IMG/VR virus record: IMGVR_UViG_3300032321_000919
Location: 1-29,897 of that record
Reading direction: 5' to 3' (one strand)
Length of the DNA stretch: 29,897 nucleotides
Source: a virus
Taxonomy: Duplodnaviria; Caudoviricetes
The translations under genes were made by a program, and so were the position numbers. Position 1 is the first letter of the stretch. Every line of letters begins with the position of its first letter. Below are positions 15,360 to 24,713 of this stretch, one piece after another. The notes below the pieces were generated by a model that did no database searches, was not told the origin of the DNA, and was given only the letters and a program-made list of their open reading frames with translations.

Positions 15360-15408
15360 ACTCGTGTAAAAGAATCTGCACGATTGTCCACGTCTCAAGG
15401 AGGAGACG

Positions 15409-15831
15409 ATGGAGATCGTGCTCGAGGTGCCAGGCCAGCCCGTGCCCCAGCCGCGTGCCCGCGTGACAACACGCGGCGGCCACGGCCACGCATACACGCC
15501 GAAGTCGCACCGCATACACACGTATCGGCAAGCCGTCGAGCTTGTGGCCAGGGCATCTGGGAAGACGATGCCGCGTGTCCCGACAGTGCTCTCGATCGTT
15601 GCTGTGTTTGAGCGGCCTAAGTCGCACTGGCGAAAAAACGACCTCAGCCCCAAGGCGCCGCTGTGGCCAAACGCTGACGGCGACAACATCCAGAAGGGCG
15701 TGGCCGACGCCCTCAAAGACTGCGGCTTCTTGTTCAACGACGATCAGGTCGTCGACTGGCATTGCCGCAAGCGATTCGCAGCTCGCAACGAGCAGCCCCG
15801 CACGATCATCACGATCCGAGAGGACGCGTAA
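15409..15831 (+). CDS. rusA: RusA-family Holliday junction resolvase
   Basis: PGQPVPQPRAR, F.RPKSH, DGDNIQKGVADAL, DDQVV motifs. Confidence 0.88.
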   Translation: MEIVLEVPGQPVPQPRARVTTRGGHGHAYTPKSHRIHTYRQAVELVARASGKTMPRVPTVLSIVAVFERPKSHWRKNDLSPKAPLWPNADGDNIQKGVADALKDCGFLFNDDQVVDWHCRKRFAARNEQPRTIITIREDA

Positions 15832-16127
15832 TGGTCTGCCGCAAGAAGTTCCTCACGCCCGAGCAGGAGGCCGCTGTACGCAAGACTTACGCGAGGGGCG
15901 GCACCAGTGCCGAGATGGCGTTCGTCGCTGGCGTCTGTACATCGCTCATCTACGCCCGGCTCAAGGACCAGATAGCAGACCTGCGTCGCGGTCAGGGCCG
16001 CGGCGGTCGACGTGGCGGACAAGTCGATCCCACGCCAGAAGAGATCGCCATCAGGAGGGCCGAGTGCCATCAGCGTCGGCTGCTGCTCATGCGGCCGAAG
16101 TTCAACGACCCACAGAATCTCGATTGA
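15831..16127 (+). CDS. HTH-like protein (possible late regulator)
   Basis: TAATG coupling; HTH-like N-terminal half; DPTPEEI motif. Confidence 0.6.
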   Translation: MVCRKKFLTPEQEAAVRKTYARGGTSAEMAFVAGVCTSLIYARLKDQIADLRRGQGRGGRRGGQVDPTPEEIAIRRAECHQRRLLLMRPKFNDPQNLD

Positions 16128-16135
16128 ATACAGCA

Positions 16136-16432
16136 ATGCCAGACGCAATTCCACGATGGAAACCACCGCACCAGCGCGGCATGAAGCCGCAGAAGGAACG
16201 AGCCCACTACACGTCTGCGGACTGGGTGGCCAAGCGTCAACGCATTCTTGTACGCGACGCGTTCACGTGCAGGACGTGCCACGAGGTCTGCTACGGCAAG
16301 GATGCTCACGTCGACCACATCCTGCCCATCGAGGACGGCGGCACCGACGCAGACATGAATCTTCAAGTGCTGTGCAGCTCGTGCCACGGACGCAAGACGC
16401 GTGAGGAACAACGACGCAAGGGCTTCGCGTAA
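16136..16432 (+). CDS. HNH endonuclease, HK97 gp74-like terminase cofactor
   Basis: W...R..IL.RD...CxxC...VDHI.P...GG....NLQ.LCxxCH..KT; upstream of the packaging genes. Confidence 0.88.
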   Translation: MPDAIPRWKPPHQRGMKPQKERAHYTSADWVAKRQRILVRDAFTCRTCHEVCYGKDAHVDHILPIEDGGTDADMNLQVLCSSCHGRKTREEQRRKGFA

Positions 16433-16444
16433 GCGAGTGCTGGC

Positions 16445-17548
16445 ATGGTGGCCGTGCAACCATCGCTGTTCCGTCAAACGCAATGCAAGCGTTGCTTGTG
16501 TTCGTTCGAGCTTGCTGGACGCCGTGGCCCTACGCCAGCATTCTGTGGCAAATGCCGATCAGAAATTGGTTCGCGTCGAGTACATAAAGTTAACTGCAAG
16601 CAGTGCGGCAGAACAGCCTGGAAGGGAGTTCCGCAGGAGTTTTGTTCGCAGGCCTGCCATCACGCGTGGCAAGCGGATAACGCTCATACGCAACCATGCA
16701 AGCAATGCGGAAAGCAATTTAGGTGCAAGGAATCAGACGCGCAGAACGGAAGGGCATACTGTTCCGCTGAGTGCAGGAGAAAAGCGTGGGGCCAAGAAGA
16801 CACGTGTGTGTGCGTGGTGTGCAATTCTCGCTTCAGGCGGCGTAAGAATCCAAAAGACAAAAACATATGCTGCTCAAAACAGTGTTCCGGAAAACGAAGA
16901 ACCATAAATGCTGCGGCCGCGTCTGCGGTCAAGAGAGTGGCTTGCATTGTTGGCAGGCTTCAGCGGAGGTTTCGGCGTAACGTTCGTCTACTGGTTCTCG
17001 CTAAGGATCGAGCCAAGCGTGAATTGCAGCCGAGAGAATGCGTTCGATGCGGGAAGCTGTTCAGAAACGGGAAAGACAGGCTTTGCTCTCCGAAGTGCCG
17101 CGCTGAGTCCAGCAGGATCAACAGGAGGCGCAAGCGATCTTGTCGCAGAGGCCGCGATCACGTTTCAAGATGTAAAGAAAAAGGCCTGCCATATGAGCAA
17201 TGGATCACAAGGCAGTGGGTTGAACAAAGAGACAATGGATGTTGTTTGCTGTGCGGCAAGCGGACAGTGCCAAGCGACACAAGACTAGCGCCAACGATTG
17301 GTCACATCGTGCCACTCAACAATCCATTGAATCGAAAGCACGGGCACGTGCAGAACAATGTGTACTTGAATTGCGCAATGTGCAACGGAAAGCAAGGCAA
17401 TGCCGTTGTCATTGACGGCCACCAGAACTACGACGACCCGCGCGCTGCGTTCATTGATAAGATGCGTGTTTTGGGGTACCCCTTTGAGACAAATAGAACA
17501 GTTGCCGAAAGCCCCATGCCCCCTTCGCACGAATTTCCGACCAACTAA
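16445..17548 (+). CDS. Multi-zinc-ribbon HNH endonuclease (homing-type), lower GC
   Basis: Five CxxC...C(S)xxC units plus C-terminal RD..CxxC...GHIVP...H...N...CxxCN. Confidence 0.75.
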   Translation: MVAVQPSLFRQTQCKRCLCSFELAGRRGPTPAFCGKCRSEIGSRRVHKVNCKQCGRTAWKGVPQEFCSQACHHAWQADNAHTQPCKQCGKQFRCKESDAQNGRAYCSAECRRKAWGQEDTCVCVVCNSRFRRRKNPKDKNICCSKQCSGKRRTINAAAASAVKRVACIVGRLQRRFRRNVRLLVLAKDRAKRELQPRECVRCGKLFRNGKDRLCSPKCRAESSRINRRRKRSCRRGRDHVSRCKEKGLPYEQWITRQWVEQRDNGCCLLCGKRTVPSDTRLAPTIGHIVPLNNPLNRKHGHVQNNVYLNCAMCNGKQGNAVVIDGHQNYDDPRAAFIDKMRVLGYPFETNRTVAESPMPPSHEFPTN

Positions 17549-17567
17549 GCCAAAACCCGAGGTGAGT

Positions 17568-18059
17568 ATGGGCCGCAGAGGCCGACATCCTGACCCCAAC
17601 AGCAAGCGATCACAGGCCGCTGTGGCCCGCGTCGCAGCCATCGGCAAGTCTCTCGCCGTGTCGCCAGACAAGCCGTCAGGCAGCACGCCAAAGGCCCCCG
17701 AGGACGTCGCGGCGCGCCCGGTGGCTGCGGCCTACTGGAAGGCACACGCCGACAGCTTGGCGGGCTCCGGCCGGCTGCGTGCGGACAACGTCGAGGGCCT
17801 CGCGCTGCTCTCGCACCTCTACGCCGACTGCCGCGAGCTCGCCAAGCAGCTTGCCGCCGAAGGCTGGATGACAAGCACCGACAAAGGCCAGCAGGCCAAC
17901 CCGGTGGCGAGGCTGCTGCGAGACGCTCGCCGCGACTTCGTCAGCCTGGCCCGCGAGTACGGCCTAACGCCGGCGGCCGAGACCCGATTCCCGCCGGAGG
18001 CCACAGAGCATGGCGAAGAAGACGCCGAAGAGGCCGCCCTCAGAGCCTTCTGCGGTTGA
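17568..18059 (+). CDS. terS: Terminase small subunit (P27 family)
   Basis: MGRRG..P N-terminus; NP...GLTPAA motif; GAGG RBS. Confidence 0.85.
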   Translation: MGRRGRHPDPNSKRSQAAVARVAAIGKSLAVSPDKPSGSTPKAPEDVAARPVAAAYWKAHADSLAGSGRLRADNVEGLALLSHLYADCRELAKQLAAEGWMTSTDKGQQANPVARLLRDARRDFVSLAREYGLTPAAETRFPPEATEHGEEDAEEAALRAFCG

Positions 18060-19623
18060 GCCCGGCTCCGACCGCCCAGAGTACGTGCCTGGCTACACGT
18101 GGGATGCCGAGTCTGCGGCCAAGCCCGCGGAGTTCATCGAAAGCCTCTGCCGCATTCCAAGCCAGGACGGTGGCGATCCGCAGCCGGTGACCATCATCCC
18201 GTGGCACCGCGACCGCGTCATCGCGCCGTTGTTCGGCTGGAAGCGTCCAGACGGCCGGCTTCGCTACCGTCGAGGTGCCGTTTTCGTGCCAAAGAAGAAC
18301 GCGAAGACGTTCCTGATGTCGCAGCTCGCGCAGTACCTGCTGACGTCGCACCTGCCACATGCGGACGTCTACCCGGCGGCCGTCGATCGTGAACAGGCTC
18401 GCATTCTCTACCGGATGCTGAAACGGTCGGTCGAATCCTCGCCACTATCCAAGGTGCTCGAGGTCGTCGACTCAAAGAGCATCATCCGCAACCGGAAGCA
18501 CGGCAACATTCTGCGCTGCCTTAGTGCCGACAGTTGGAGAAACGAAGGATTGAATGGAAGTGTGATAATCGACGAGATCCACGCCCACCGTACCGACGAG
18601 CTCGTCTCGGCGTTGACCTACGCCACGCGCGCAACGCCCAACGGCCTGGTGCTCGCGATCAGCACGGCCGGCGACGACCGCAAAGGCCCCGGCTACCAGT
18701 GGTGGCAGGATGCCGAGTTGTCCATGAACAACCCGGCCGCCAACCCGACGTTCTTTGGCCTGATCTACGCTGCCAAGCCAGACGACGACTTCGACGACCC
18801 GGAAGTCTGGCAGAAGGCGAACCCGTCGATGGGAATTACGTTTCCAGAGGAAGAGTTCCGGGCCGACTGGCAGGACTCCTTGACCAATCCTGTCAAGAGA
18901 GCCAGATGGCTGCGGTACTCGCTGAACGTCTGGACCACGCCAGACAATAGGTGGTTCACGCCGGAGGCCTACGCCCCTTGCGTAGCGCCGCCACCGCAAC
19001 CGCTGGAGGCCCGATCGTGTTTCATCGGCCTTGACCTGGCCGACCACCTCGACCTGACGGCAGCCGTGGCGCTCTTCCCCGACGGCCAGGGCGGCTACGA
19101 CGCCGAGGCCATGTTCTGGATGCCAGAGGAGAACGTCACCGAGCGTGAGAAGGAAGCCCGCGTGCCCCTTCGCCAGTGGATCGCGGACGGCTGGATCAAG
19201 ACGACGCCCGGCGTGCGTCTCGACCACGACCAGGTCGCCGCGGATCTCATCGCTTACTCGCAGAAGCACCAGTGCCGAGGCGTCGGCGCAGACCCGTGGA
19301 ACCTCGGCAGCGTGGCAACGCAACTTCAACGAGCGGGCCTTGAAGTGCACGCTATCGGACAGTCGGTTGGCCGCATGACGGCGCCTAGCAAACTGCTCGA
19401 GGTGATGATCCACGAGAAGAAGTTTAGGTGCCCGTCTCCGGTCCTGCAGTGGATGGCGTCGAACGTCTGTTTGTACGTGGATCACCAGGGCAACATGAAG
19501 CCCGACAAAGGGCGGAGCCAAGAGAAAACAGACGGGATCGTCGCGACCGTCTGCGGTCTGGCGGTCTCAATGACGGCGGAGCCGGAGGCGAGCGCGGACT
19601 CATGGCAAATAATCGAGCTGTGA
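18010..19623 (+). CDS. terL: Terminase large subunit
   Basis: PKKNAKT Walker A, IIDEIH Walker B, ISTAG, KANP, GLDLA...DLTA, DPWN, KTDG. Confidence 0.95.
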   Translation: MAKKTPKRPPSEPSAVEPGSDRPEYVPGYTWDAESAAKPAEFIESLCRIPSQDGGDPQPVTIIPWHRDRVIAPLFGWKRPDGRLRYRRGAVFVPKKNAKTFLMSQLAQYLLTSHLPHADVYPAAVDREQARILYRMLKRSVESSPLSKVLEVVDSKSIIRNRKHGNILRCLSADSWRNEGLNGSVIIDEIHAHRTDELVSALTYATRATPNGLVLAISTAGDDRKGPGYQWWQDAELSMNNPAANPTFFGLIYAAKPDDDFDDPEVWQKANPSMGITFPEEEFRADWQDSLTNPVKRARWLRYSLNVWTTPDNRWFTPEAYAPCVAPPPQPLEARSCFIGLDLADHLDLTAAVALFPDGQGGYDAEAMFWMPEENVTEREKEARVPLRQWIADGWIKTTPGVRLDHDQVAADLIAYSQKHQCRGVGADPWNLGSVATQLQRAGLEVHAIGQSVGRMTAPSKLLEVMIHEKKFRCPSPVLQWMASNVCLYVDHQGNMKPDKGRSQEKTDGIVATVCGLAVSMTAEPEASADSWQIIEL

Positions 19624-20948
19624 AGAAGACGACTGCGAAGCCGCGGGCGCCGCGGGCTGAGAAGAAGCTCGAGCAGTACGCACTTCGTGCCCTGGCCGAC
19701 CACCTACCGATCGGTGCGATTCTTCAGACCGACACGATGTCGGCAGAGGTGGCCGTCCGGGTCACATGTATTCTTGCGTGCGTGCGGTTCATCGCCAGCT
19801 CGCTGGCGTGTATGCCGACCGAGATCATCCGCAGGCGGCCGGGCTTCCCCAAGACGCACTGCCACGACCTGCCCTGTTACGACGTCCTCACTTGGCGGCC
19901 CAACTCGTGGCAATCGGATTTTGAGTACAAGGAAACGACGTCGTACCACCTGGCCCTCTACGGCCGGGCCTACTCGCGGATCGTCGCCGGCGACAACGGA
20001 TTCTGTTCGTCTCTCGAGCCCCTGCACCCAAGCCGCATGACCTGCATGAAGGGGGCTGAGGGGCTCATCTACCGCTACCTCCTGCCCCGCGGCACGTACC
20101 GTGATTTTCAGCAAAGCGAGATCGTTCACTACCGCTGGATGTCGGACAACAGCTACGAGGGCCAGCTCCCCGCCGAGCTCTGTGCCACGAGCGTGGCGCT
20201 GGCCCGGAAGCTCGACATCGCGGCCGCTGCGTTCTGGGACAATAGCGCTCGACCGGACGGCGTGATCGAAACGCAAGAAGAGATCCCGGCCGAGGCTCAG
20301 GCACGGTTCCGCGACCAGTGGCGGGAGATCTACGGCGGGCCAAAGAAGCGCGGGTCGACAGCGATCCTTCCCAAGAAAACGCAATTCAAGGCGATCGACA
20401 GCAACAGCAACGAAGCCAACCAGTTCATGGAACTTCGTAAGAGCATGTTGCCCGACATCGCCCGAGTCTATGGCATCCCGACCACGCTGCTCGGCGACGA
20501 CGCGATGGCGAAGTACAGCAACGTCGAGCAGGAGTTTGTGACCGCCCACGTTTTTGGCCTGCTGCCTTGGCAGAAGCGTTTCGAGGGCGCGATCGACCGC
20601 TCGATCCTGCGGACCTACGACAACCCGATGGACGGTCGGCATTACTGCCGCCTCGACAGCCGGGCTCTGCTCCGCGGTGACACGCAGGCCCGCGTGGCCC
20701 TCTACCAGTTTCTATTCAACTGCGGCGCGATCTCGCCCAACGAGCTGCGAGACTTGGAAGACCTTGACCTGCTGGAGAACCCAGCGGCCAACGCGACCTA
20801 CATGCAGCTCGGCTTCGCGCCGCTGGGCACGTCGGCCACCGGCACGTCGCCTGACGTTCGGCCTGACCAAACGCAAACGCAGTTTCCGGCCGACACGATC
20901 GAGCCCGAGGACGTACCAGAAGCAGAAACGGAGCCGAGCGATGCCTGA
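19602..20948 (+). CDS. Portal protein, HK97 family
   Basis: ACVRFIASSLA, PN.WQS..E, GRAY, F.NSARP.G, QF.E.R, IARVYGIP, SPNE.R. Confidence 0.95.
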   Translation: MANNRAVKKTTAKPRAPRAEKKLEQYALRALADHLPIGAILQTDTMSAEVAVRVTCILACVRFIASSLACMPTEIIRRRPGFPKTHCHDLPCYDVLTWRPNSWQSDFEYKETTSYHLALYGRAYSRIVAGDNGFCSSLEPLHPSRMTCMKGAEGLIYRYLLPRGTYRDFQQSEIVHYRWMSDNSYEGQLPAELCATSVALARKLDIAAAAFWDNSARPDGVIETQEEIPAEAQARFRDQWREIYGGPKKRGSTAILPKKTQFKAIDSNSNEANQFMELRKSMLPDIARVYGIPTTLLGDDAMAKYSNVEQEFVTAHVFGLLPWQKRFEGAIDRSILRTYDNPMDGRHYCRLDSRALLRGDTQARVALYQFLFNCGAISPNELRDLEDLDLLENPAANATYMQLGFAPLGTSATGTSPDVRPDQTQTQFPADTIEPEDVPEAETEPSDA

Positions 20949-21648
20949 TCAAGAAATCGAACGGCGTTACGTTCCGGCCGGCGTCGAGCCCATTGAGCTC
21001 GAGGAGCGATCTGCGGCCTCGCCGACGATCAAGGGAATCAGTCCGCCCTTTAACTCCAAAAGTGAAGACCTTGGAAATTTCCGCGAGGTCTTTGCCCCCA
21101 CGGCATTCGACAAGGTCGTCGGCCGCCACCGGAACGACCCTCGCGGCGGAGTGGACGTCGTGGCCCTGTTTGACCACGAAGGCCAGCCGATCGGCCGTAC
21201 CACAAACGACACGCTTAAGCTGGCGATCAGCGAGCGTGGGTTGGCCTACTCGATCAGCCCGCCCGACACCACGCTCGGCCGCGACATCGTTACGCTCGTC
21301 CGTCGGGGCGATCTCTACGGGGCCAGCTTCGCGTTCTCGGTGGCCCCAGGCGGCGAGCAGTGGACGCAGGAGGCCGACGGCTCGGCCGTGCGGACCATCA
21401 GCGAGGTGGGCAACCTGTACGACGTTTCGGTCGTGACCCGGCCAGCCTACCCGCAGTCGTCAGCCGCCCTCCGGTCGCTGGAAGCGTGGCGGGCCGAGAA
21501 CCTGACGAGCCACGAGCTCGAGCAGCTCGTCGAGCAGCAGGCCGACGCCGAGGCCGACAAGCGCCGCCGCTGGTCCTACGCACTGACTGCAGCGGCCGCG
21601 AAGCTCGTCTCTGCGAGGCTCAAGAGTAATGCACCACGAATCAAGTAG
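20941..21648 (+). CDS. Prohead protease (HK97 family, S78)
   Basis: SEDLG.FRE, LFDH, GRT, RGD..G.SFAF, DVSVVT.PAY. Confidence 0.93.
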   Translation: MPDQEIERRYVPAGVEPIELEERSAASPTIKGISPPFNSKSEDLGNFREVFAPTAFDKVVGRHRNDPRGGVDVVALFDHEGQPIGRTTNDTLKLAISERGLAYSISPPDTTLGRDIVTLVRRGDLYGASFAFSVAPGGEQWTQEADGSAVRTISEVGNLYDVSVVTRPAYPQSSAALRSLEAWRAENLTSHELEQLVEQQADAEADKRRRWSYALTAAAAKLVSARLKSNAPRIK

Positions 21649-21796
21649 GTCGTGCCGCAAGTGCGGAAGCCGCTGCCGCGTGATCACGTCGCGCCGTGCC
21701 GGCGACGACCAGGTCCAGCGTCTGGAATGCACCTGCTGCCACGCCCGCCGGAAACGATTGGTCCCCGCCACCGAGATCTGGAGCCGCAAGCGATGA
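21629..21796 (+). CDS. 55-aa Ogr/Delta-like zinc-ribbon protein (absent from ORF track)
   Basis: CRKCGSRCRVITSRR...QRLECTCCHARRK; ATGA coupling to next gene. Confidence 0.7.
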   Translation: MHHESSRSCRKCGSRCRVITSRRAGDDQVQRLECTCCHARRKRLVPATEIWSRKR

Positions 21797-22149
21797 TCGC
21801 AGAAGAATCAATCGCCAACGTGTCGGCCAGGTTGAACGTCTTCTTCGCGTCTGCCCGCGAGCAGGCCAAGGACGGGCTCACGTGGCAGGAGTTCGGCAGC
21901 TTGCTTGTCCAGTTGCTTTGGATGGCCGTTGACGGCCTGGACGCTGTGGCGTCGCTCACAGGGCCACAGAAACGCGAGGTCGCCGTGACGGCCGCCGCTG
22001 TGTTGTTTGACTCGCTGGCCGACAAGGCCGTCCCCGTGGCCGCGTGGCCGGCGTGGATGCTGCTGCGGCCGGCCACTCGCCTGCTTGTGCTCTCGCTCGC
22101 CGCTGGTGCCGTCGAGGCCCTGCTCAGAATCTCAAGGAGTTCCACATGA
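21793..22149 (+). CDS. Hydrophobic helical hypothetical protein
   Basis: ATGA coupling; DGLTWQEFG...G.QKRE motif. Confidence 0.75.
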   Translation: MIAEESIANVSARLNVFFASAREQAKDGLTWQEFGSLLVQLLWMAVDGLDAVASLTGPQKREVAVTAAAVLFDSLADKAVPVAAWPAWMLLRPATRLLVLSLAAGAVEALLRISRSST

Positions 22150-22424
22150 TCACCGGCCTACTCGTTCTCGCGGCGCTGGCGTTTCTCTTCTGGCCCAAGG
22201 GCGGCGCAAAGTCTCTGCCCGCGATGCCGTCGGCCGAGGATCTGTTCCGCGTGCCACCGATGTCGCCGCCGGCCGCACCGGTGGCCCCGGACGCCCGAGA
22301 GGCGATCGACTCGCTGCTCGAGGTCCGCGACCAACTGGCGGCCGTCAAGAAGCTGGACGAGGAGGCCTCTAAGGCGGTCGACACGCTCTGGCTCGACCTT
22401 CTCCACGGGAGCGAGAAGAAATGA
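22146..22424 (+). CDS. N-terminally membrane-anchored protein with Pro linker and helical C-terminus
   Basis: MITGLLVLAALAFLFWP; ATGA coupling. Confidence 0.75.
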   Translation: MITGLLVLAALAFLFWPKGGAKSLPAMPSAEDLFRVPPMSPPAAPVAPDAREAIDSLLEVRDQLAAVKKLDEEASKAVDTLWLDLLHGSEKK

Positions 22425-22879
22425 CCGACCGCCAGAAATACATCGCTGTCGCGGTATTGGCCGGCGGCGCGGTGCTCGCGGCCTGCGTGGAGTATTGGCC
22501 GCGGCCTACCCCCAGCCCGACACCCGCCGCCGGCCTCGACCTTCGCGGCAAGTTCATCGGCCCATCGGCACCGGACGACGCCGCGGCGTTTGCTGGCCTG
22601 TGCCGTGGCGTGGCCGAGGCGCTCGACAAGGACGGCGCCGCAGCCGCCCCGCGGATCACCACAGCGGCCCAGCTCGAGGACGTCCGCATCGCCACGAGCG
22701 AGGGCATGTTTCTACCTGAGAGTTTCACTCGCAATCAGCCGCACGTCTCGGCGGCGGCCGGAAAGTTCCTCGACCAGGCTGTCGGCACGAGCGGTGGACC
22801 GATCGACCAGGCGGCCCGCGGCAAATGGTGCGAGGCCCTCCGCGAGCTGGCCCAAGCGGCCGAGGAGGCCGTCCGATGA
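22421..22879 (+). CDS. Membrane-anchored/exported helical protein
   Basis: N-terminal hydrophobic helix, then PRPTPSPTP linker. Confidence 0.75.
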   Translation: MTDRQKYIAVAVLAGGAVLAACVEYWPRPTPSPTPAAGLDLRGKFIGPSAPDDAAAFAGLCRGVAEALDKDGAAAAPRITTAAQLEDVRIATSEGMFLPESFTRNQPHVSAAAGKFLDQAVGTSGGPIDQAARGKWCEALRELAQAAEEAVR

Positions 22880-23121
22880 AGGTCTCCGACTTCGTCTGGG
22901 AAGTGATGGACAACGCGCTCTACATCATGCACCTGTTCGCGGTTGTGTGCGTCGGTGCTTCGGCAGTTGCGTGCCCGGTGCTGCTGTACGCGTTACTTTT
23001 CGAGATTCGCGAATTGCGAAAATCGATTCCGCCGGCCTGCCACTGTAGGCATGACGGCCCCGGCCCGGTGCTGCCGCGAGTGCTGCCGCGTCTTCGCCGT
23101 ATTGGCGAGGAGGCGGATTGA
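22876..23121 (+). CDS. Small membrane protein
   Basis: GGAGG RBS, ATGA coupling; long hydrophobic segment. Confidence 0.65.
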   Translation: MKVSDFVWEVMDNALYIMHLFAVVCVGASAVACPVLLYALLFEIRELRKSIPPACHCRHDGPGPVLPRVLPRLRRIGEEAD

Positions 23122-24215
23122 TGAGCCACCGCAAAGCGGCCTGGACATTCTCGGCGCTCGCCTTCGTGGCGCTGGCGGCCATCGTCGGCGCCGTGTTCGA
23201 TCACTACACCCACCGCGTGCTGCGGCGGGTCGACAACTCGTTCGGCTACCGCCCCGACCCCGTAGGCGTGCGGGCGTTTCTACAGGAGCTCGACCGGCCG
23301 ACGTTCCGCGAGGCCGGGGCCGACGTCATTAGCGCCGCCAAGGGGCGCGACGCGTACCTCTACCGCTACGCAGATAGGGCACATCGGGCACGCTACGCCA
23401 CGCCATACGGGCCGTGGAATCAAGGCAACATCGGCACGTGCGTCGGGTTTGGCTGGGCGATGGGCTCTTATGTCGGCCAATGCGTCGACTGGTCGCAGGG
23501 AGGATTGCAGGAGCCTCCGCTCGAGGTCGCCGTCGAACCGCTGTATGCGGGGTCGAGAACCGCGGCACGATCGCCGCCGGTCGTGAACGCTGGGTACATG
23601 GACGGATCGTTCGGCGCCGCAGCAGCTCGGTGGGTCAGCGGCCGCTGCAAAGATCCGACTCTTGGCGGAATCCTGTTCCGTCAGAAATACGACGACTGTG
23701 ATCTTACAAGATACGACATCCCGCGTGCTAAGTCGTGGGGAGCCACGGGCTGCCCGCCGAAGCTGGCCAAGATTGCCAACGAACACACCGCGCGAGACGT
23801 GGCCCTCTGCGAAACGTGGCAGGGTCTGACGGCCGCCCTGGAGAGCGGCATGTGCGTGCCCATCTGTTCAAACGTGGGCTTCGCCGGCCAGGACAGAGAC
23901 GCAGATGGGTTCCTCAGGCGACAGTCGCAATGGGGGCATTGCATGGTTTGTATCTCTGTGAAGTACGCCAAGAACAACGGCCCCGGCTCCACGCACCCGA
24001 TGCAGAACCCGCGCGACGGCGTGCTCGTGATGAACTCGTGGGGAAATTGGGTGAAGGGCGGCAAGCATCCGCCGGATCAGCCCGATGGCTCGTTCTGGAT
24101 CACTCGATCAGATGCAGAGTCAATCCTCGCCCAGGGCGATTCGTTCGTAATCGGTTCTGTCGATGGGTTCAAGGCTAGGACGCTCGAAAACGGAAACTGG
24201 GGCATTGAACAATGA
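23118..24215 (+). CDS. Papain-like (C1) cysteine peptidase with N-terminal signal anchor
   Basis: NQGNIGTCVGF (oxyanion Q, catalytic C), WGHCM (H), MNSWG (N), GSFWI. Confidence 0.85.
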   Translation: MMSHRKAAWTFSALAFVALAAIVGAVFDHYTHRVLRRVDNSFGYRPDPVGVRAFLQELDRPTFREAGADVISAAKGRDAYLYRYADRAHRARYATPYGPWNQGNIGTCVGFGWAMGSYVGQCVDWSQGGLQEPPLEVAVEPLYAGSRTAARSPPVVNAGYMDGSFGAAAARWVSGRCKDPTLGGILFRQKYDDCDLTRYDIPRAKSWGATGCPPKLAKIANEHTARDVALCETWQGLTAALESGMCVPICSNVGFAGQDRDADGFLRRQSQWGHCMVCISVKYAKNNGPGSTHPMQNPRDGVLVMNSWGNWVKGGKHPPDQPDGSFWITRSDAESILAQGDSFVIGSVDGFKARTLENGNWGIEQ

Positions 24216-24442
24216 ACCTGATCATGTGGGCAATCTTTGGGGCGATCGTGGGCACCGTGGCTCAGGCCCTGCTGCCGTCAAAGCTGCCAAACGGCTGGTT
24301 GCCGACGATCGCCGTGGGCGTGGTTGGCAGTGTCGCTGGCGGTCTTCCCTTTGGGACAGGCCCGGCCGGGCTTTTCGGGTCGATCATCGGGGCTGTCGTG
24401 GTTTTGTATCTGCACCGACTCTGGAGCGAATCGAATGTCTGA
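24212..24442 (+). CDS. GlsB/YeaQ/YmgE (transglycosylase-associated) family membrane protein; holin candidate
   Basis: W.IFG.IVG..A..LLP...GW..TI..G..GS..GG...SIIGA. Confidence 0.8.
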   Translation: MNLIMWAIFGAIVGTVAQALLPSKLPNGWLPTIAVGVVGSVAGGLPFGTGPAGLFGSIIGAVVVLYLHRLWSESNV

Positions 24443-24713
24443 CGCACAGAAGAAACTTGCCGTTGCCGCTGTCGTGATGATCGCGGCCACCTGGTGGCTG
24501 GCGACCGCCCCCGACTCACCGCTGCGGCCCCAGCCGCCGCGGCCCGACCGGCCCGTGCTGCGATTCATTGCCCGCGTGGCGAGCGTGGCCGCACGGTTTG
24601 GCCTGACCGCTCTGCTGTTTGCCGAGCCCGCCCCCGACGCCGATGAGGTGCAGCTCGCTCACGCGGTCGTCGGCACCGACGGCCATCTCGTTCTCTCCAA
24701 TGCGAGGTGGTAA
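24435..24713 (+). CDS. Membrane protein
   Basis: N-terminal TM; RPVLRFIAR..ARFGL amphipathic helix. Confidence 0.7.
   Translation: MSDAQKKLAVAAVVMIAATWWLATAPDSPLRPQPPRPDRPVLRFIARVASVAARFGLTALLFAEPAPDADEVQLAHAVVGTDGHLVLSNARW

Noticed and set aside
8700-16130. Phage-encoded csrA homolog
   Set aside because: I found no ORF with the MLVLxR...VRxGIxAP signature; any CsrA would be host-encoded or lie outside the window
15542-16135. Long N-terminal extensions in the ORF track (HNH 15542, portal 19428, protease 20554, 11917, 17400, 27824)
   Set aside because: They overlap other real genes; downstream starts with RBS or stop-start coupling fit better
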